Positions 39,394 to 49,168 of a DNA stretch of 64,000 nt are shown here, piece after piece. Location of the stretch: IMG/VR virus record IMGVR_UViG_3300046460_000097, one strand, 5' to 3'. Position 1 is the stretch's first letter, and each line of letters starts with the position of its first letter. The DNA is from a virus (taxonomy: Duplodnaviria; Caudoviricetes). The notes under the pieces are model-generated. The model was not told where the DNA came from. It saw only the letters and a list, made by a program, of their open reading frames with translations, and did not search any database. Both the position numbers and the translations under genes were made by a program.

Positions 39394-40926
39394 TTAGAGA
39401 TGATCCCAGTCAGCTACCATTTGTCCATTGTCGTCGAGGCGTTGTGTCAAACTACGGCGGTAAGCAGGTTTCTTGCCGATATCGTGTACCAAGCCTTTGT
39501 CAGGATCGAGGTCGTAGATACCAAAACGTTTCTCAGGTGCACAGCCTTCCCCACGCTGTTTACCTACGCAATAGGTGAAGTAGTTCTTGTAAGAAGTCTT
39601 GGCAACGTGAATGGTAATCTCCACATCCACTTCGTTAGTAATCTTGGTAGAGGTCTCCGTCAAGGACTTACCAGCAACTTCACGAGCAAAGTAAACTTCT
39701 GACTCTTCATCAGACTCTTGCAACTTCATCTTCGCAGCTGGGGACAGCTGATGAGGCGTAACAAAGCAAATACCGCGAGCAATAATGAAAGCCCTGATCT
39801 TCCGGAAGTGCAATTGCAGCTTATCGGATTTTGTTTCTCCAGGAATCTTGTCAATGTTTTGCAGACCACAGTAGTCGTATGCGTACCAAATGATTTCGTG
39901 GCCTTTCATTTCCAGACGACGAACACGAGCGAACATTGCCGCAGCAGTATCCTTACTCGATTCGATCTGGTTAATGATCAAGTACCAGCCATTGTCTTTA
40001 AAGCAACGAACAATGGTCTCAACAATGTTTTCTTTATCAGCAGTCTGGAAGTCACCCGCCATGTCATGCTTGGCCATTACCGCCAGCTTGTACATCCGCA
40101 TGATGATCAGATCCATCGTGTCTTCTGCAGACTCCATCAGGATCGTTGCAATCTTCGCCTTGTTACGCAGCAGAGGCTTGTTGTACAAACCTACACCAGC
40201 AGTAAGGTGGCCCATGGTGAGAGACTTACCACGGTTGGTCAGGGCGTTAACCAGATAGAACTTGCTACGACGGAAACCACCATCAGGTTCCAGTGCTTCG
40301 TTCAAACCTTGCAGCGGAGACTTGATGATACCTTCAACGCTGTTTTCCTTCTGAGCCATCTCAATGACTTCATGGAAGGACTCAGGTGTCTCGGAAGTAA
40401 CAGTGTGAACAATCTCACTCTGGCGTTCTTCCGAAACAGTAGCCATCTGTTCGTTGATCAAGTCGGCGAGGTTAGACCAGTCGGCCATCTCCATTTCGCC
40501 AATGTCCTTGAAGTAGAAATCCTTCAATGACTTCTTGAACCGCTTGGCAAAGTCTTCACCCTCAGAGTTCAGGCGGATCTCTGTGATGTGTTGATAGACA
40601 ATCTTGCGGGTCATCTCTTCCGATTCGAGGTCTTCCAAACCGGCAGAGATAGTGTCACGTAAACCCTCGTCACTCTTCGCAAACATGTTGACACGTTGCA
40701 TCAACAATGATTTTATGACAGGTTCGTCTTCCGGCTGCTTCAGCAGCCAATGGATAGTCGCTTTGATGCTATCGCGAATACCCTTATCTTGCGTGAACAC
40801 ATCTGCGTTCGGAGCTGGCAACTCGTTAAGGGTGTCTACCAATTCCGTGATGAGATTCGTGTCCTTAAGTTTCTTGGCCTGATAAAGGGCAGACAAAATC
40901 TTAACCAGTACCAATAAATCGTTCAT
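39394..40926 (-). CDS. dnaB: Replicative DnaB-like helicase (phiKZ gp118-like)
   Basis: 510 aa with GFRRS-x-FYLVNALTNRGKS Walker A, YAYDYC Walker B, VTPHQLS and VGKQRG. Confidence 0.85.
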   Translation of the reverse strand: MNDLLVLVKILSALYQAKKLKDTNLITELVDTLNELPAPNADVFTQDKGIRDSIKATIHWLLKQPEDEPVIKSLLMQRVNMFAKSDEGLRDTISAGLEDLESEEMTRKIVYQHITEIRLNSEGEDFAKRFKKSLKDFYFKDIGEMEMADWSNLADLINEQMATVSEERQSEIVHTVTSETPESFHEVIEMAQKENSVEGIIKSPLQGLNEALEPDGGFRRSKFYLVNALTNRGKSLTMGHLTAGVGLYNKPLLRNKAKIATILMESAEDTMDLIIMRMYKLAVMAKHDMAGDFQTADKENIVETIVRCFKDNGWYLIINQIESSKDTAAAMFARVRRLEMKGHEIIWYAYDYCGLQNIDKIPGETKSDKLQLHFRKIRAFIIARGICFVTPHQLSPAAKMKLQESDEESEVYFAREVAGKSLTETSTKITNEVDVEITIHVAKTSYKNYFTYCVGKQRGEGCAPEKRFGIYDLDPDKGLVHDIGKKPAYRRSLTQRLDDNGQMVADWDHL

Positions 40927-40949
40927 TAGGATACTCCTAGGAGCTGAAA

Positions 40950-41498
40950 ATGATTCTTAAGACCCCGCAAGGGAAGTCCTTTCGTGTTTTGTTCTTGACC
41001 AGCTCCATGCGCGACGTGCTGGTCAGTCAAGCTATTCCGTTCAGCGATGTTTCCAAACTCGCATCATATCATCAGAAAGTAACATTCTCTGAGATAGCGC
41101 ACATCCTGAAGTTCCAGTATGTCGTTGCTCAACAGATGGGCGTTCCGCTTCTCGACCCGAAACATTTGTTCGGGGAAGGTTACAACGGCGGAATGGTTGA
41201 GCGTTCATTCAATGACATTGACAGTGAAACGTTAACCCAGATTTACAAGTCCACGAAGAGCTTTGCTTGTCTCGACGCGGGCATGAATACCCTCATTGTT
41301 CTATTTAATGGGGAAGACGCTTCTAAAGTACCCGGCTGGGACTCACTGGAAGCACAAACATTCTCTGGCGCATTGCTAGAAACAGTTTTTGCCAAGGTGG
41401 GATACATGGAATCTCACAACGGCAAAATCCCAAAACCTAACCTGGGTGAATTCACTCTGGCAGAGGTTTACAAACTGGTTAGTATTGAAAACCCTTAA
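40950..41498 (+). CDS. Capsid-associated protein upstream of MCP (phiKZ gp119-like)
   Basis: 182 aa with AGGAG RBS; synteny. Confidence 0.65.
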   Translation: MILKTPQGKSFRVLFLTSSMRDVLVSQAIPFSDVSKLASYHQKVTFSEIAHILKFQYVVAQQMGVPLLDPKHLFGEGYNGGMVERSFNDIDSETLTQIYKSTKSFACLDAGMNTLIVLFNGEDASKVPGWDSLEAQTFSGALLETVFAKVGYMESHNGKIPKPNLGEFTLAEVYKLVSIENP

Positions 41499-41506
41499 TC
41501 CACTAT

Positions 41507-41514
41507 ATTTTATG
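41507..41514 (+). promoter_or_regulatory. Candidate late promoter for MCP (ATTTTATG)
   Basis: TATG at 41511-41514, 61 nt before the MCP ATG. Confidence 0.5.
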
Positions 41515-41574
41515 TGTAGCGCTACTTACACAAACAAATATATTTGTTAACATCCTCAGTAAAGGATTTGAGTC

Positions 41575-43743
41575 ATGGCCTTTAAAACAGTCAATGCGGC
41601 GCTGAAGAATACCGGTAACCTCTTCCACGCCGTCAAGCAAGCCCTGGGTTCCCAAAAGCTCAACTCCGTCGTTGGGGCTGAGTCGTTCGAATCGTTCCAA
41701 CAAGGTCTCGGCGGTGTTGCCGGGATGGAAAGCCAGCAACTGACCACCCTGATGGGCAAGGTCACCGGCAAGACCTACGACGCGTTCGCCGCATCGCTGG
41801 GTCGTGAAGGCATCCCTTCCGCCGAAATGCAGGTTTTCGAAGAAGCCGGTAAAGCCCTCGCCAGCGTTGCTGGTAACGAAGGCTTCTCCATGCAGAACTT
41901 CAAGGGCAGCGAGACCGACATCAAAGCGGCCAACCTGACTCTGAACGCTCAGTCTCACCTGCAGACCGAAGCGGCCGAAGCTCTGTTCTCCACTATCACC
42001 GTGCGTTACGAAGACGAAGGTGCAAACCTGGTTGTTCGTGCCGCTGGTATCGGTAGCTACGCCTACGGCAACAGCGCCTGGCAGTCGGCTTCCGAACTGC
42101 GCCCGATCTTCGGCCTGCTGCGTACCGGCGAAATGTTCAAGGACGAAGTCCTGGACCTGTTCCCGGTTTACCCGGACGACGCTCAGGACGACACCCGTCT
42201 GTTCTTCGTCGACGACACCCTGATCGCGCCGACCACCGCTACCTACCCTGAGGCTGACGCCTACGGCCGTAGCTCGCACGCCACTCAGTACCTGAAGGTT
42301 CCTGGCACCGTGCCAAACCTGCTGGGTCTGTGCCAAGCTCCTGGCCAGCGCGCCTGGACTTCGACTGACGAGATCGAAAGCAACTCGATCACCATCAAGT
42401 CGGTAGCTGTCACCCTGAAACTCGGCGCCACCGCCGGCAAGTTCTTCGTCAACACCAAGTCGATGTCGAACAACACCTTCGGTCCGACCTCCCAAGGTCA
42501 GTCGTCCGACGACCGTGCAATCAACATGCACATGCGCGACCTGCCAGGCTTCTCGGTTCAGAACAAAGACGGCGCTGCTATCGGCGAAACTCTGTTCGCA
42601 TCGTTCAAGACTGCCGGTTACGAGCCTCTGCTGAACATCAGCCTGAGCGGTAACTACCAGCGTCAAACCAACGAGCTGCGTCTTGCTTCCGGCCAAGCGA
42701 CCGTGCATTCCCTGCGCGAAATCGCTACCGGCAACACCATCTCCGTTGCTCGCGCTGACAGCACTCAGAAAGCTCTGATCCGCAGCATGACTGAAGGCGC
42801 TGTAGTTGGTCTGGACGCTGGCTTCAACGTGTCCAACACCAGCCGTGGCAACTTCGGCTACCGCATCGAAGTCTTCGACGCCAACAAGCGTCTGAGCGTT
42901 CGTCGCAACAGCCCGGTGTCGGTGAAGTACCCAATCTCTGCTGACGACGTTAACCAGGGTTCCCTGGACTTCGCCATCCAGCAGATGTCGATCGCGATCA
43001 ACAACCAGTGCTCCAAGAAGGCGTTCGACGTCGCTCAGGAACACTTGAAGTACATCACTTCGATCGACGGCGCTCCAGTTGTCGGCAACAACCAAGGTTC
43101 CAACGTGCTGCCAGGTCAGCACTACGTTACCGCGGCTGCTGTCAACCGCAGCATCAAGCTGGCCGACCGCGTGTCGTCCATGGACTCGATGGACGTGTTC
43201 GACAACGTCTCTGCTGTGTTCCTGAACGAAATCAGCGACATCACCTCCGCACTGAACACCAAGTCCGGCCTGGCGGCTATCGCTGAATACGGCGGTACTG
43301 ACAAGATCGAATGGACCGTCGTGGTTCACCAGAACTTGAGCCGCTTCCTGATGCGTTCGGGCGATGCTCGTAGCCTCGGCCCTACCGTGCCGATGAAAGT
43401 GGTTGAGACCAACTTCGACAGCCAGATCGGGCAAATCCTGATCGTGCCGAAGAACAACTCCACCAACGAGTTCATCAACCCGCTGGGCGGCATCGGCGTG
43501 AATGTCTCGAAAGAGAACATCCTCGTTCAAGGTAACGTGACTCGTGACCAACAGGACTTCGGTGTCGTAATGACCCTGCCGACCTTCCGTCACTGGCCGC
43601 TGAACCCGATCATCGGCTCGCTGATCATCGAAGATGCGCGTGAGTTCCTGGGCGACAACGGTCTGCTGACCAAGCTGGCTGTTCAGCGTGTTAGCGTTCA
43701 AGGCGTTGTTGATACCAACGACACCACTCCCCCAAACCCGTAA
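41575..43743 (+). CDS. Major capsid protein (phiKZ gp120-like)
   Basis: 722 aa with extreme codon bias, a propeptide with GAE/GME/GNE sites and the DnaB-gp119-MCP order. Confidence 0.9.
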   Translation: MAFKTVNAALKNTGNLFHAVKQALGSQKLNSVVGAESFESFQQGLGGVAGMESQQLTTLMGKVTGKTYDAFAASLGREGIPSAEMQVFEEAGKALASVAGNEGFSMQNFKGSETDIKAANLTLNAQSHLQTEAAEALFSTITVRYEDEGANLVVRAAGIGSYAYGNSAWQSASELRPIFGLLRTGEMFKDEVLDLFPVYPDDAQDDTRLFFVDDTLIAPTTATYPEADAYGRSSHATQYLKVPGTVPNLLGLCQAPGQRAWTSTDEIESNSITIKSVAVTLKLGATAGKFFVNTKSMSNNTFGPTSQGQSSDDRAINMHMRDLPGFSVQNKDGAAIGETLFASFKTAGYEPLLNISLSGNYQRQTNELRLASGQATVHSLREIATGNTISVARADSTQKALIRSMTEGAVVGLDAGFNVSNTSRGNFGYRIEVFDANKRLSVRRNSPVSVKYPISADDVNQGSLDFAIQQMSIAINNQCSKKAFDVAQEHLKYITSIDGAPVVGNNQGSNVLPGQHYVTAAAVNRSIKLADRVSSMDSMDVFDNVSAVFLNEISDITSALNTKSGLAAIAEYGGTDKIEWTVVVHQNLSRFLMRSGDARSLGPTVPMKVVETNFDSQIGQILIVPKNNSTNEFINPLGGIGVNVSKENILVQGNVTRDQQDFGVVMTLPTFRHWPLNPIIGSLIIEDAREFLGDNGLLTKLAVQRVSVQGVVDTNDTTPPNP

Positions 43744-43794
43744 GCCTGCCGTCCACCTATTACGGTGAGTTATCACCAGGTGGGTGAGTCAGGC
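43731..43794 (+). other. Predicted -1 frameshift signal: C_CCA_AAC, 6-nt spacer, nested stem-loop
   Basis: The heptamer is in frame one codon before the stop. Stems: GCCTG/CAGGC, CCACCT/AGGTGG and GGTGA/TCACC. The -1 frame reads PVSLPSTYYGELSPGG-stop (TGA 43785-43787). Confidence 0.7.
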
Positions 43795-43825
43795 TAACGA
43801 GTGAAAGGAAGCGCCGTAGATTCCT

Positions 43826-43857
43826 CCTCCTACCATGCCTTAGGGTGTGGTAGGAGG
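43826..43857 (+). terminator. MCP terminator
   Basis: CCTCCTACCATGCC-TTAG-GGTGTGGTAGGAGG: 14-bp stem with T-rich tail. Confidence 0.75.
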
Positions 43858-43893
43858 TAGGGTCTATTTTGCATTTTGTTATTTCAGTAAAGA

Positions 43894-43911
43894 TTTTCAA
43901 ACCTACATTAT
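43894..43911 (+). promoter_or_regulatory. Candidate early (vRNAP) promoter
   Basis: TTTTCAA-ACC-TACATTAT aligns with TTTTCAA-GTC-TATATTAC at 49235. It precedes the operon with an nvRNAP subunit. Confidence 0.55.
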
Positions 43912-43962
43912 CAGTCGGACTATGTATTTACTATGACTTCTTAAAGTCAAGTGGAGGATCCG

Positions 43963-45102
43963 ATGGACGGCGTTGATATGAATTGTTTCCGGTTAGATTA
44001 TCGGATCACCAATATTTCAGCTAAAGAGATTATCGTTAAGGTAAAGGGAGGACTGAGCTACATCGTTAAGCGCAGTAACCAACCGACCTACCGTACCGAG
44101 CATCAAGTACACATCTGCATCCAAGGGGTCTATCTGGAAAACCTTCAGGTGGACGAACGTGCGGCACTGACTAAACTGGATAAGACAATTCTGGTGGAGG
44201 TTAGTAAAGAACGTGCTAGGCTGCTGAAAGTAAATGAACAGTATCACACCTCGATGCCTACTGATTTGATGGTCACCATTAACTTGGGTCCAAGCATGGT
44301 AGAGCGCAACGATGCGATCCACAGTGAGTTGCTGGGCGTGACAATGTACATCGGGATGGAAAACCTCGATAAGCCTTGTCTGAACACTCCTGGCTACACA
44401 CTGCAAGAACTGTTCGACAACTACGACCGCGAAGCAGAGCACTCCAGCGGGATGCATTGCTTTATTTACATGAACGATCCACAGCGGGTCTCCAATACCT
44501 ACTACACGAATGTCATGGGTAAGTCGACTGAGGTCCCGATCGACTATGACAAGACCAAACAACCCGGATTGTATGTTGGTATTTCTCGCGGTATTGAACC
44601 ACGGGAGACCCAATATTACACCTTTGCCAGCTTGGATAATGCAAAACTAGAACAGCTAGGGCTGTTCAAAACCAAAGCTGAGTGTGATAAAGGAGGCAAT
44701 ACAGAACGCTTCTTGGCGGCAGAGGCCAAGATAAAGGATCTGCAAAAAGACAACGGCACCTTCAAAGTACAGCTTGACACCCTGTCAGAAGCCTTAGTCA
44801 AAGCAGAAACCAATAACGTAAGGCTCAGCGGCGAACTCACGAAAGTGAATGATTCGCACAAGACTGAAATCAATCAGCTAAAGCTCGAGCACCGAATGGA
44901 AGCCAATCAACTTAAGAACAGCGGCAAGATGACTGCTGACATGTTCAAGTTCGAATCCAAGATAAAGGACACGGTTACTAAAGCCAATTTAGATATTGTT
45001 AAACAGAAGGGAGCCCATAACTCCTGGGGGGACTTCGCAAAAGCAATTGGCACTCTGGCAGGTGTTGCTTTTACGGGGTACAAATTGCTAACGTCAGCTT
45101 AA
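43963..45102 (+). CDS. Conserved hypothetical protein with C-terminal coiled coil and hydrophobic tail
   Basis: 379 aa from the ATG with GGAGG; ends WGDFAKAIGTLAGVAFTGYKLLTSA. Confidence 0.72.
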   Translation: MDGVDMNCFRLDYRITNISAKEIIVKVKGGLSYIVKRSNQPTYRTEHQVHICIQGVYLENLQVDERAALTKLDKTILVEVSKERARLLKVNEQYHTSMPTDLMVTINLGPSMVERNDAIHSELLGVTMYIGMENLDKPCLNTPGYTLQELFDNYDREAEHSSGMHCFIYMNDPQRVSNTYYTNVMGKSTEVPIDYDKTKQPGLYVGISRGIEPRETQYYTFASLDNAKLEQLGLFKTKAECDKGGNTERFLAAEAKIKDLQKDNGTFKVQLDTLSEALVKAETNNVRLSGELTKVNDSHKTEINQLKLEHRMEANQLKNSGKMTADMFKFESKIKDTVTKANLDIVKQKGAHNSWGDFAKAIGTLAGVAFTGYKLLTSA

Positions 45103-45112
45103 GGGAGCGTAC

Positions 45113-46774
45113 ATGTCACTGAAATTGGCACAGGCAATTGACGCGTCAATGCCACGGTTTAACCAAACCATCGTGGAGGGATTCCACCAGAAAGAGTTTG
45201 AAGGCGGATTCCACTACTACAACAACGCCCTCAAGATGATCTTCAAGAGCATCGAGAAACGAGGGGTCTACTATCGGGATCTCGTAAAGGTTTCGCCACG
45301 CGAGTACATTGACAACCTCGTCAATAGCAGTGGTAAACTCTTCGACATCCACAAGGAGACGTTGTACCCGGTACGATTGTTGTTTGAATACCGTAACAAA
45401 GCTGGCGAGCTCATTCCGATGAGTACGATCGTCATGCTGCCGTATTGTGACATCTATGGCGATATCTTCCTGCGGGATACTCACTACAGTCTGCAGCTTG
45501 TACTGGCAGAACGTGGGTTGCCCGTTACGAAAGAAAACGCCTTGTTCGTTAAGGTCTTGGGCTTCAAGTTCAAGATTGGGGTTGAGCACTTTAAGTTCGA
45601 TCAGGTATTTACCGAGACAGGACACGTGCTGTCCAAGACGGTGGATATCAACCTGGCGGCGAACCGGTTCTACAGCCCAACGGAATCTCGGAAGATCACC
45701 GACAACAAAACACCTATGCCCTTGCTTGGATGGTACATCTTTGCAAACATGGGCTTCAGTAAAGCCATGGACATCTACGGGGAGTGCGATTACGAGATCG
45801 GCCCAGTAGACGTACTGGTCGCTGAATGTCAGCCGAAAGACCGCTGGGAAATCTTCACCCGTAGCAGTTCTCCCAATAGCCGGCACCTTGGGGAGTTCCT
45901 GCCGCACGATCTGGGTATTGCTGTACGCAACAAATCCAGCAAGCGTAAAGAACTCAGTTCCATGGGTTTGCAATACGCCTGCTCGTTGTTGTTCATTATC
46001 GACTGCTTGTCGTCGTACTTCGACATTGACTGCATCGATAACCCGGATTACTGGAAACTCATTATTGGACGCTGCTCGGTTAAGTCCGGTGACAGCAACG
46101 ATTACATCATGCGCTTGATGCATGAACACTTCGATTCCATCAACGAGTATCTGGATGAAGATTCCATCAAGAAGTTCGCCAGTCAATCGATCGTAGTAGC
46201 GAACATGTTTGATCTGTTCAACTACATCATTGCCAACCGGAGTGAAATCGTACAAACGACTGATCGCGCGTCCATGTTCTATAAAGAGCTGGCGAGTTTG
46301 GAGTTTACGTTGGACAAGCTGATTACAGCCGCCAACAAGTTCAAACACGAGATCAAGAATAACAGTGAACTATCACAGAAGAAAGTCGCCCGTTTCTTGA
46401 CTAACAACTTTCACATCAAGGAGATTGACAATGCTCGCACGACCAATCTCATTCAAGAAGCGACACCGACTGACAACCCTTATGTAGATTACATGCTTGG
46501 CTGTATGCCTCAGCACCGTGTCTACACCAACTCGACCAAAGCTAAGAAGCGCGGAGAGTTCGATACCAGCGACAGCGCCGGTTTCGCACACGCATCACTT
46601 CCCTTCGTTTGTAGCTATCTCAGGGTAACTGGACCCTATCCTGATGGTCGTGGTTATTTAACCCCATGCGTTTACCTGATCGGTGGCAAGATCACTGGAC
46701 TGGATCCTCAGTTCAAAGAGCTTTACGAGAAATCAGAGAAACGTTTGCGCTATCGTGACCCCAAAGCTTGGTAA
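45113..46774 (+). CDS. Non-virion RNA polymerase beta subunit, N-terminal part (phiKZ gp123-like)
   Basis: 553 aa with VMLPYC...FLRDTHYSLQLVL, like the beta N-terminal region; synteny two genes after MCP. Confidence 0.72.
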   Translation: MSLKLAQAIDASMPRFNQTIVEGFHQKEFEGGFHYYNNALKMIFKSIEKRGVYYRDLVKVSPREYIDNLVNSSGKLFDIHKETLYPVRLLFEYRNKAGELIPMSTIVMLPYCDIYGDIFLRDTHYSLQLVLAERGLPVTKENALFVKVLGFKFKIGVEHFKFDQVFTETGHVLSKTVDINLAANRFYSPTESRKITDNKTPMPLLGWYIFANMGFSKAMDIYGECDYEIGPVDVLVAECQPKDRWEIFTRSSSPNSRHLGEFLPHDLGIAVRNKSSKRKELSSMGLQYACSLLFIIDCLSSYFDIDCIDNPDYWKLIIGRCSVKSGDSNDYIMRLMHEHFDSINEYLDEDSIKKFASQSIVVANMFDLFNYIIANRSEIVQTTDRASMFYKELASLEFTLDKLITAANKFKHEIKNNSELSQKKVARFLTNNFHIKEIDNARTTNLIQEATPTDNPYVDYMLGCMPQHRVYTNSTKAKKRGEFDTSDSAGFAHASLPFVCSYLRVTGPYPDGRGYLTPCVYLIGGKITGLDPQFKELYEKSEKRLRYRDPKAW

Positions 46775-46804
46775 AAGATAAGGGTCATTAGGAGTTATTT
46801 GTTC

Positions 46805-49141
46805 ATGAACGACGGTATCCTTCGCCCTCGAAACCCAGCCGCTGTACAACTGCCCGATAACAATATGGGTACCGCACCAGGGATGGGTGCGCGCCCAGGT
46901 ATGGGGGGAATGATGAACCCAAGTATGGGTGGCATGACTCCTCAGATGTCTGGCGCGGACATGGTTCGCAACATGTTGCAATCTGGCCTCAACACTACCA
47001 ATACACAATCTGGTGGTGGCTTCAACTGGGGTCAGTACGGGACTACCTTGTACGAAGACGAAGCACTTCGTGCTCTCAAGGTTACGCCTGAGAACGACCC
47101 TCAATCGATGGCTTATTACATCGAGCGTGTTGCTGCCGCTATGCAACAGTTCATTTATCAGATCTACCATCGTGCAGGGCCGTTACACGAAGAGTACAAG
47201 AAGTCCCGTGAAAGCTTTCGCATGAACGAAGCGGGACAGGTGGATGAAGTTTGTAACGCATTCATCGACGATGTAAACAAGCAAGCCGACTTTACCCGGA
47301 TTGTGGCAATCAACGGCGCGCCATTCTTCGGTAAGGGACTGATCGAATTACTCCGGCAGGGGAACCGCGATCAGTTGACCCAGCAGGAATACTTGAACTG
47401 TACGTTTATTGCAACGCGCAATATCCTGTTCTTCGAACTGATTAACTGGCTGATGAAGGCACCGACCGGTAAGCAGTATTGCTTGCGGCTGCCACAACGC
47501 CTGCAAATGCGCATCGCTAACTTGGAGAACTTCAAGGAAGCTACTAGCGCAGTGTTCGAAGTGTTCAACCAGACTTCGCCGTACGCGAACCTGGAGTTCA
47601 AGCGTCCTCAATCGACCCGTCCAGATTTTGCTATGCTGTACGGTCCTGCGTCCGAGTATGTACACCAGCCGTTTGAGCAGAACAACCAAACTAACCTGCC
47701 TCCTGCTACTGATTCGTTTCACGATATCATGGACATGGTTAACCGTAACGCTGCTCAGAAAAATAAACCTGCTTATCAACAACCACGCAAAGAGTTTTCG
47801 ATGGGAGGTGAGCCTATGAGCAACTGGGATGAAGTACGTAAGGACTTTAACAACCTCACTCCGCTAAACCGGAAAGAGTTCCAACTCAACCGTTTCTTCC
47901 GCAACATCGGTAAACAAGACCACTACGTTATTCCTGAAAGCGATTGGACTAAGATCAAGCACGCGTACACCAAGCATTCCGAAATGGGCTTGGAAGAAAC
48001 GGTTATGCCTGGTTGCTTCCGTATCGTGATCATGGACCTCGAAGTGGACAATGGCTGGTTCAGCACCATCGTTCGAGCAGAAGGGCTCAATATGCAAACT
48101 GTTCTGACAGATCCAAAGAAACTCCTGCCACTGCTGGAAGATCCGTCCCTGGAAGATACCTGGGTCGTGAAGCCAGTTGAGCTGGAAGAAGTAAACGGCG
48201 GCGCCGGTCTCGACATCGAAATCGAAACTGTTCGCAAGCTGGAACAAGCGCTGCCGGTAATCGTGGTTAAGGATCCAGTTGTTTCGCAAGCTTCGGCTGA
48301 TCTGGAATCCACCATCAACAGTGTTAACCAGCGTCTGACTAGCCAGTTCACCAAAGAAAGCGCCGTGGGTTTCTGCGCAGTTCCTTGGGATGTGTACGTT
48401 TGTGCCACTCCTGAAGAAAAGCGCCGTCTGCATAACGATCTTCCGTTCCTGTTTAAAGACAACACGGAAACCGTTAGCTTCATGAATGCCTGCGCTGCAA
48501 TCACCCGCTACAACGATCAAGGCCTGATCAGCTCCGAACTGATCAATTTCATCGACGCCCGCTACACCACTCTGGTCAATGACTGGCTGGTGAACTGTGC
48601 TGGCTACGAAGGCCGTAAGAACGCCAAGCGTCATTTGTCTGTTACCAGTGCGTTCAACGATTTCCGTGCACTGCTCGAATTCCTCAAGGAACGTGATCCA
48701 GAAACTGGTGCGTACCTGGTAGAGTCCGAGAAGGTTAACTACCTGAACGAGCAAGTCAAGATCTTCGACTTCGAAAACCCGTACCGTAAAGGTCAGGCTG
48801 AAGAATCCGAAATCGACAAGCTCAAGCACGAACTCGAGTTGGTTGTAGCACGTCCGATGTACATCAACGTCATGAACAAACGTGGCGGTCCTTCTCACTT
48901 GGAAAACGATGTTCCTATCGTTATCAAGCGCAGCAAGTTCCCGGAATACTTCAAGATGATTGAAGACGGGTTTGATGTAACCATGGGCGATAACTATATG
49001 TCGGAATCGACTGACAAACTGCTGAAGTTTGACGAGTCCGGTAACATGTGGTTGTTCAGCTATTCCATTGTGGACCGTAACGTAGCTACTCTGCGTTTCG
49101 TAACCCGCAGTAAACATCTGTGCCTTCTGGCACTGAGTTGA
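46805..49141 (+). CDS. Large conserved hypothetical protein with Met/Gly-rich N-terminus
   Basis: 778 aa with AGGAG upstream. Confidence 0.75.
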   Translation: MNDGILRPRNPAAVQLPDNNMGTAPGMGARPGMGGMMNPSMGGMTPQMSGADMVRNMLQSGLNTTNTQSGGGFNWGQYGTTLYEDEALRALKVTPENDPQSMAYYIERVAAAMQQFIYQIYHRAGPLHEEYKKSRESFRMNEAGQVDEVCNAFIDDVNKQADFTRIVAINGAPFFGKGLIELLRQGNRDQLTQQEYLNCTFIATRNILFFELINWLMKAPTGKQYCLRLPQRLQMRIANLENFKEATSAVFEVFNQTSPYANLEFKRPQSTRPDFAMLYGPASEYVHQPFEQNNQTNLPPATDSFHDIMDMVNRNAAQKNKPAYQQPRKEFSMGGEPMSNWDEVRKDFNNLTPLNRKEFQLNRFFRNIGKQDHYVIPESDWTKIKHAYTKHSEMGLEETVMPGCFRIVIMDLEVDNGWFSTIVRAEGLNMQTVLTDPKKLLPLLEDPSLEDTWVVKPVELEEVNGGAGLDIEIETVRKLEQALPVIVVKDPVVSQASADLESTINSVNQRLTSQFTKESAVGFCAVPWDVYVCATPEEKRRLHNDLPFLFKDNTETVSFMNACAAITRYNDQGLISSELINFIDARYTTLVNDWLVNCAGYEGRKNAKRHLSVTSAFNDFRALLEFLKERDPETGAYLVESEKVNYLNEQVKIFDFENPYRKGQAEESEIDKLKHELELVVARPMYINVMNKRGGPSHLENDVPIVIKRSKFPEYFKMIEDGFDVTMGDNYMSESTDKLLKFDESGNMWLFSYSIVDRNVATLRFVTRSKHLCLLALS

Positions 49142-49168
49142 TTTAACTGGCCAGTTAAATTAGCGTGG

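Noticed and set aside
41503-43776. 757-aa antisense ORF over the MCP (similarly 9261-11249, 12472-13647, 17409-18812, 20277-21920, 28704-29972)
   Set aside because: These are shadow ORFs. Strong codon bias in the real genes depletes stops on the opposite strand, and the translations lack motifs or RBS.
43738-43800. Stop readthrough or +1 shift at the MCP CCG-TAA
   Set aside because: The 0-frame and +1-frame extensions are short and carry no recognisable motif. Only the -1 frame has a canonical heptamer and the shared TYYGEL motif.
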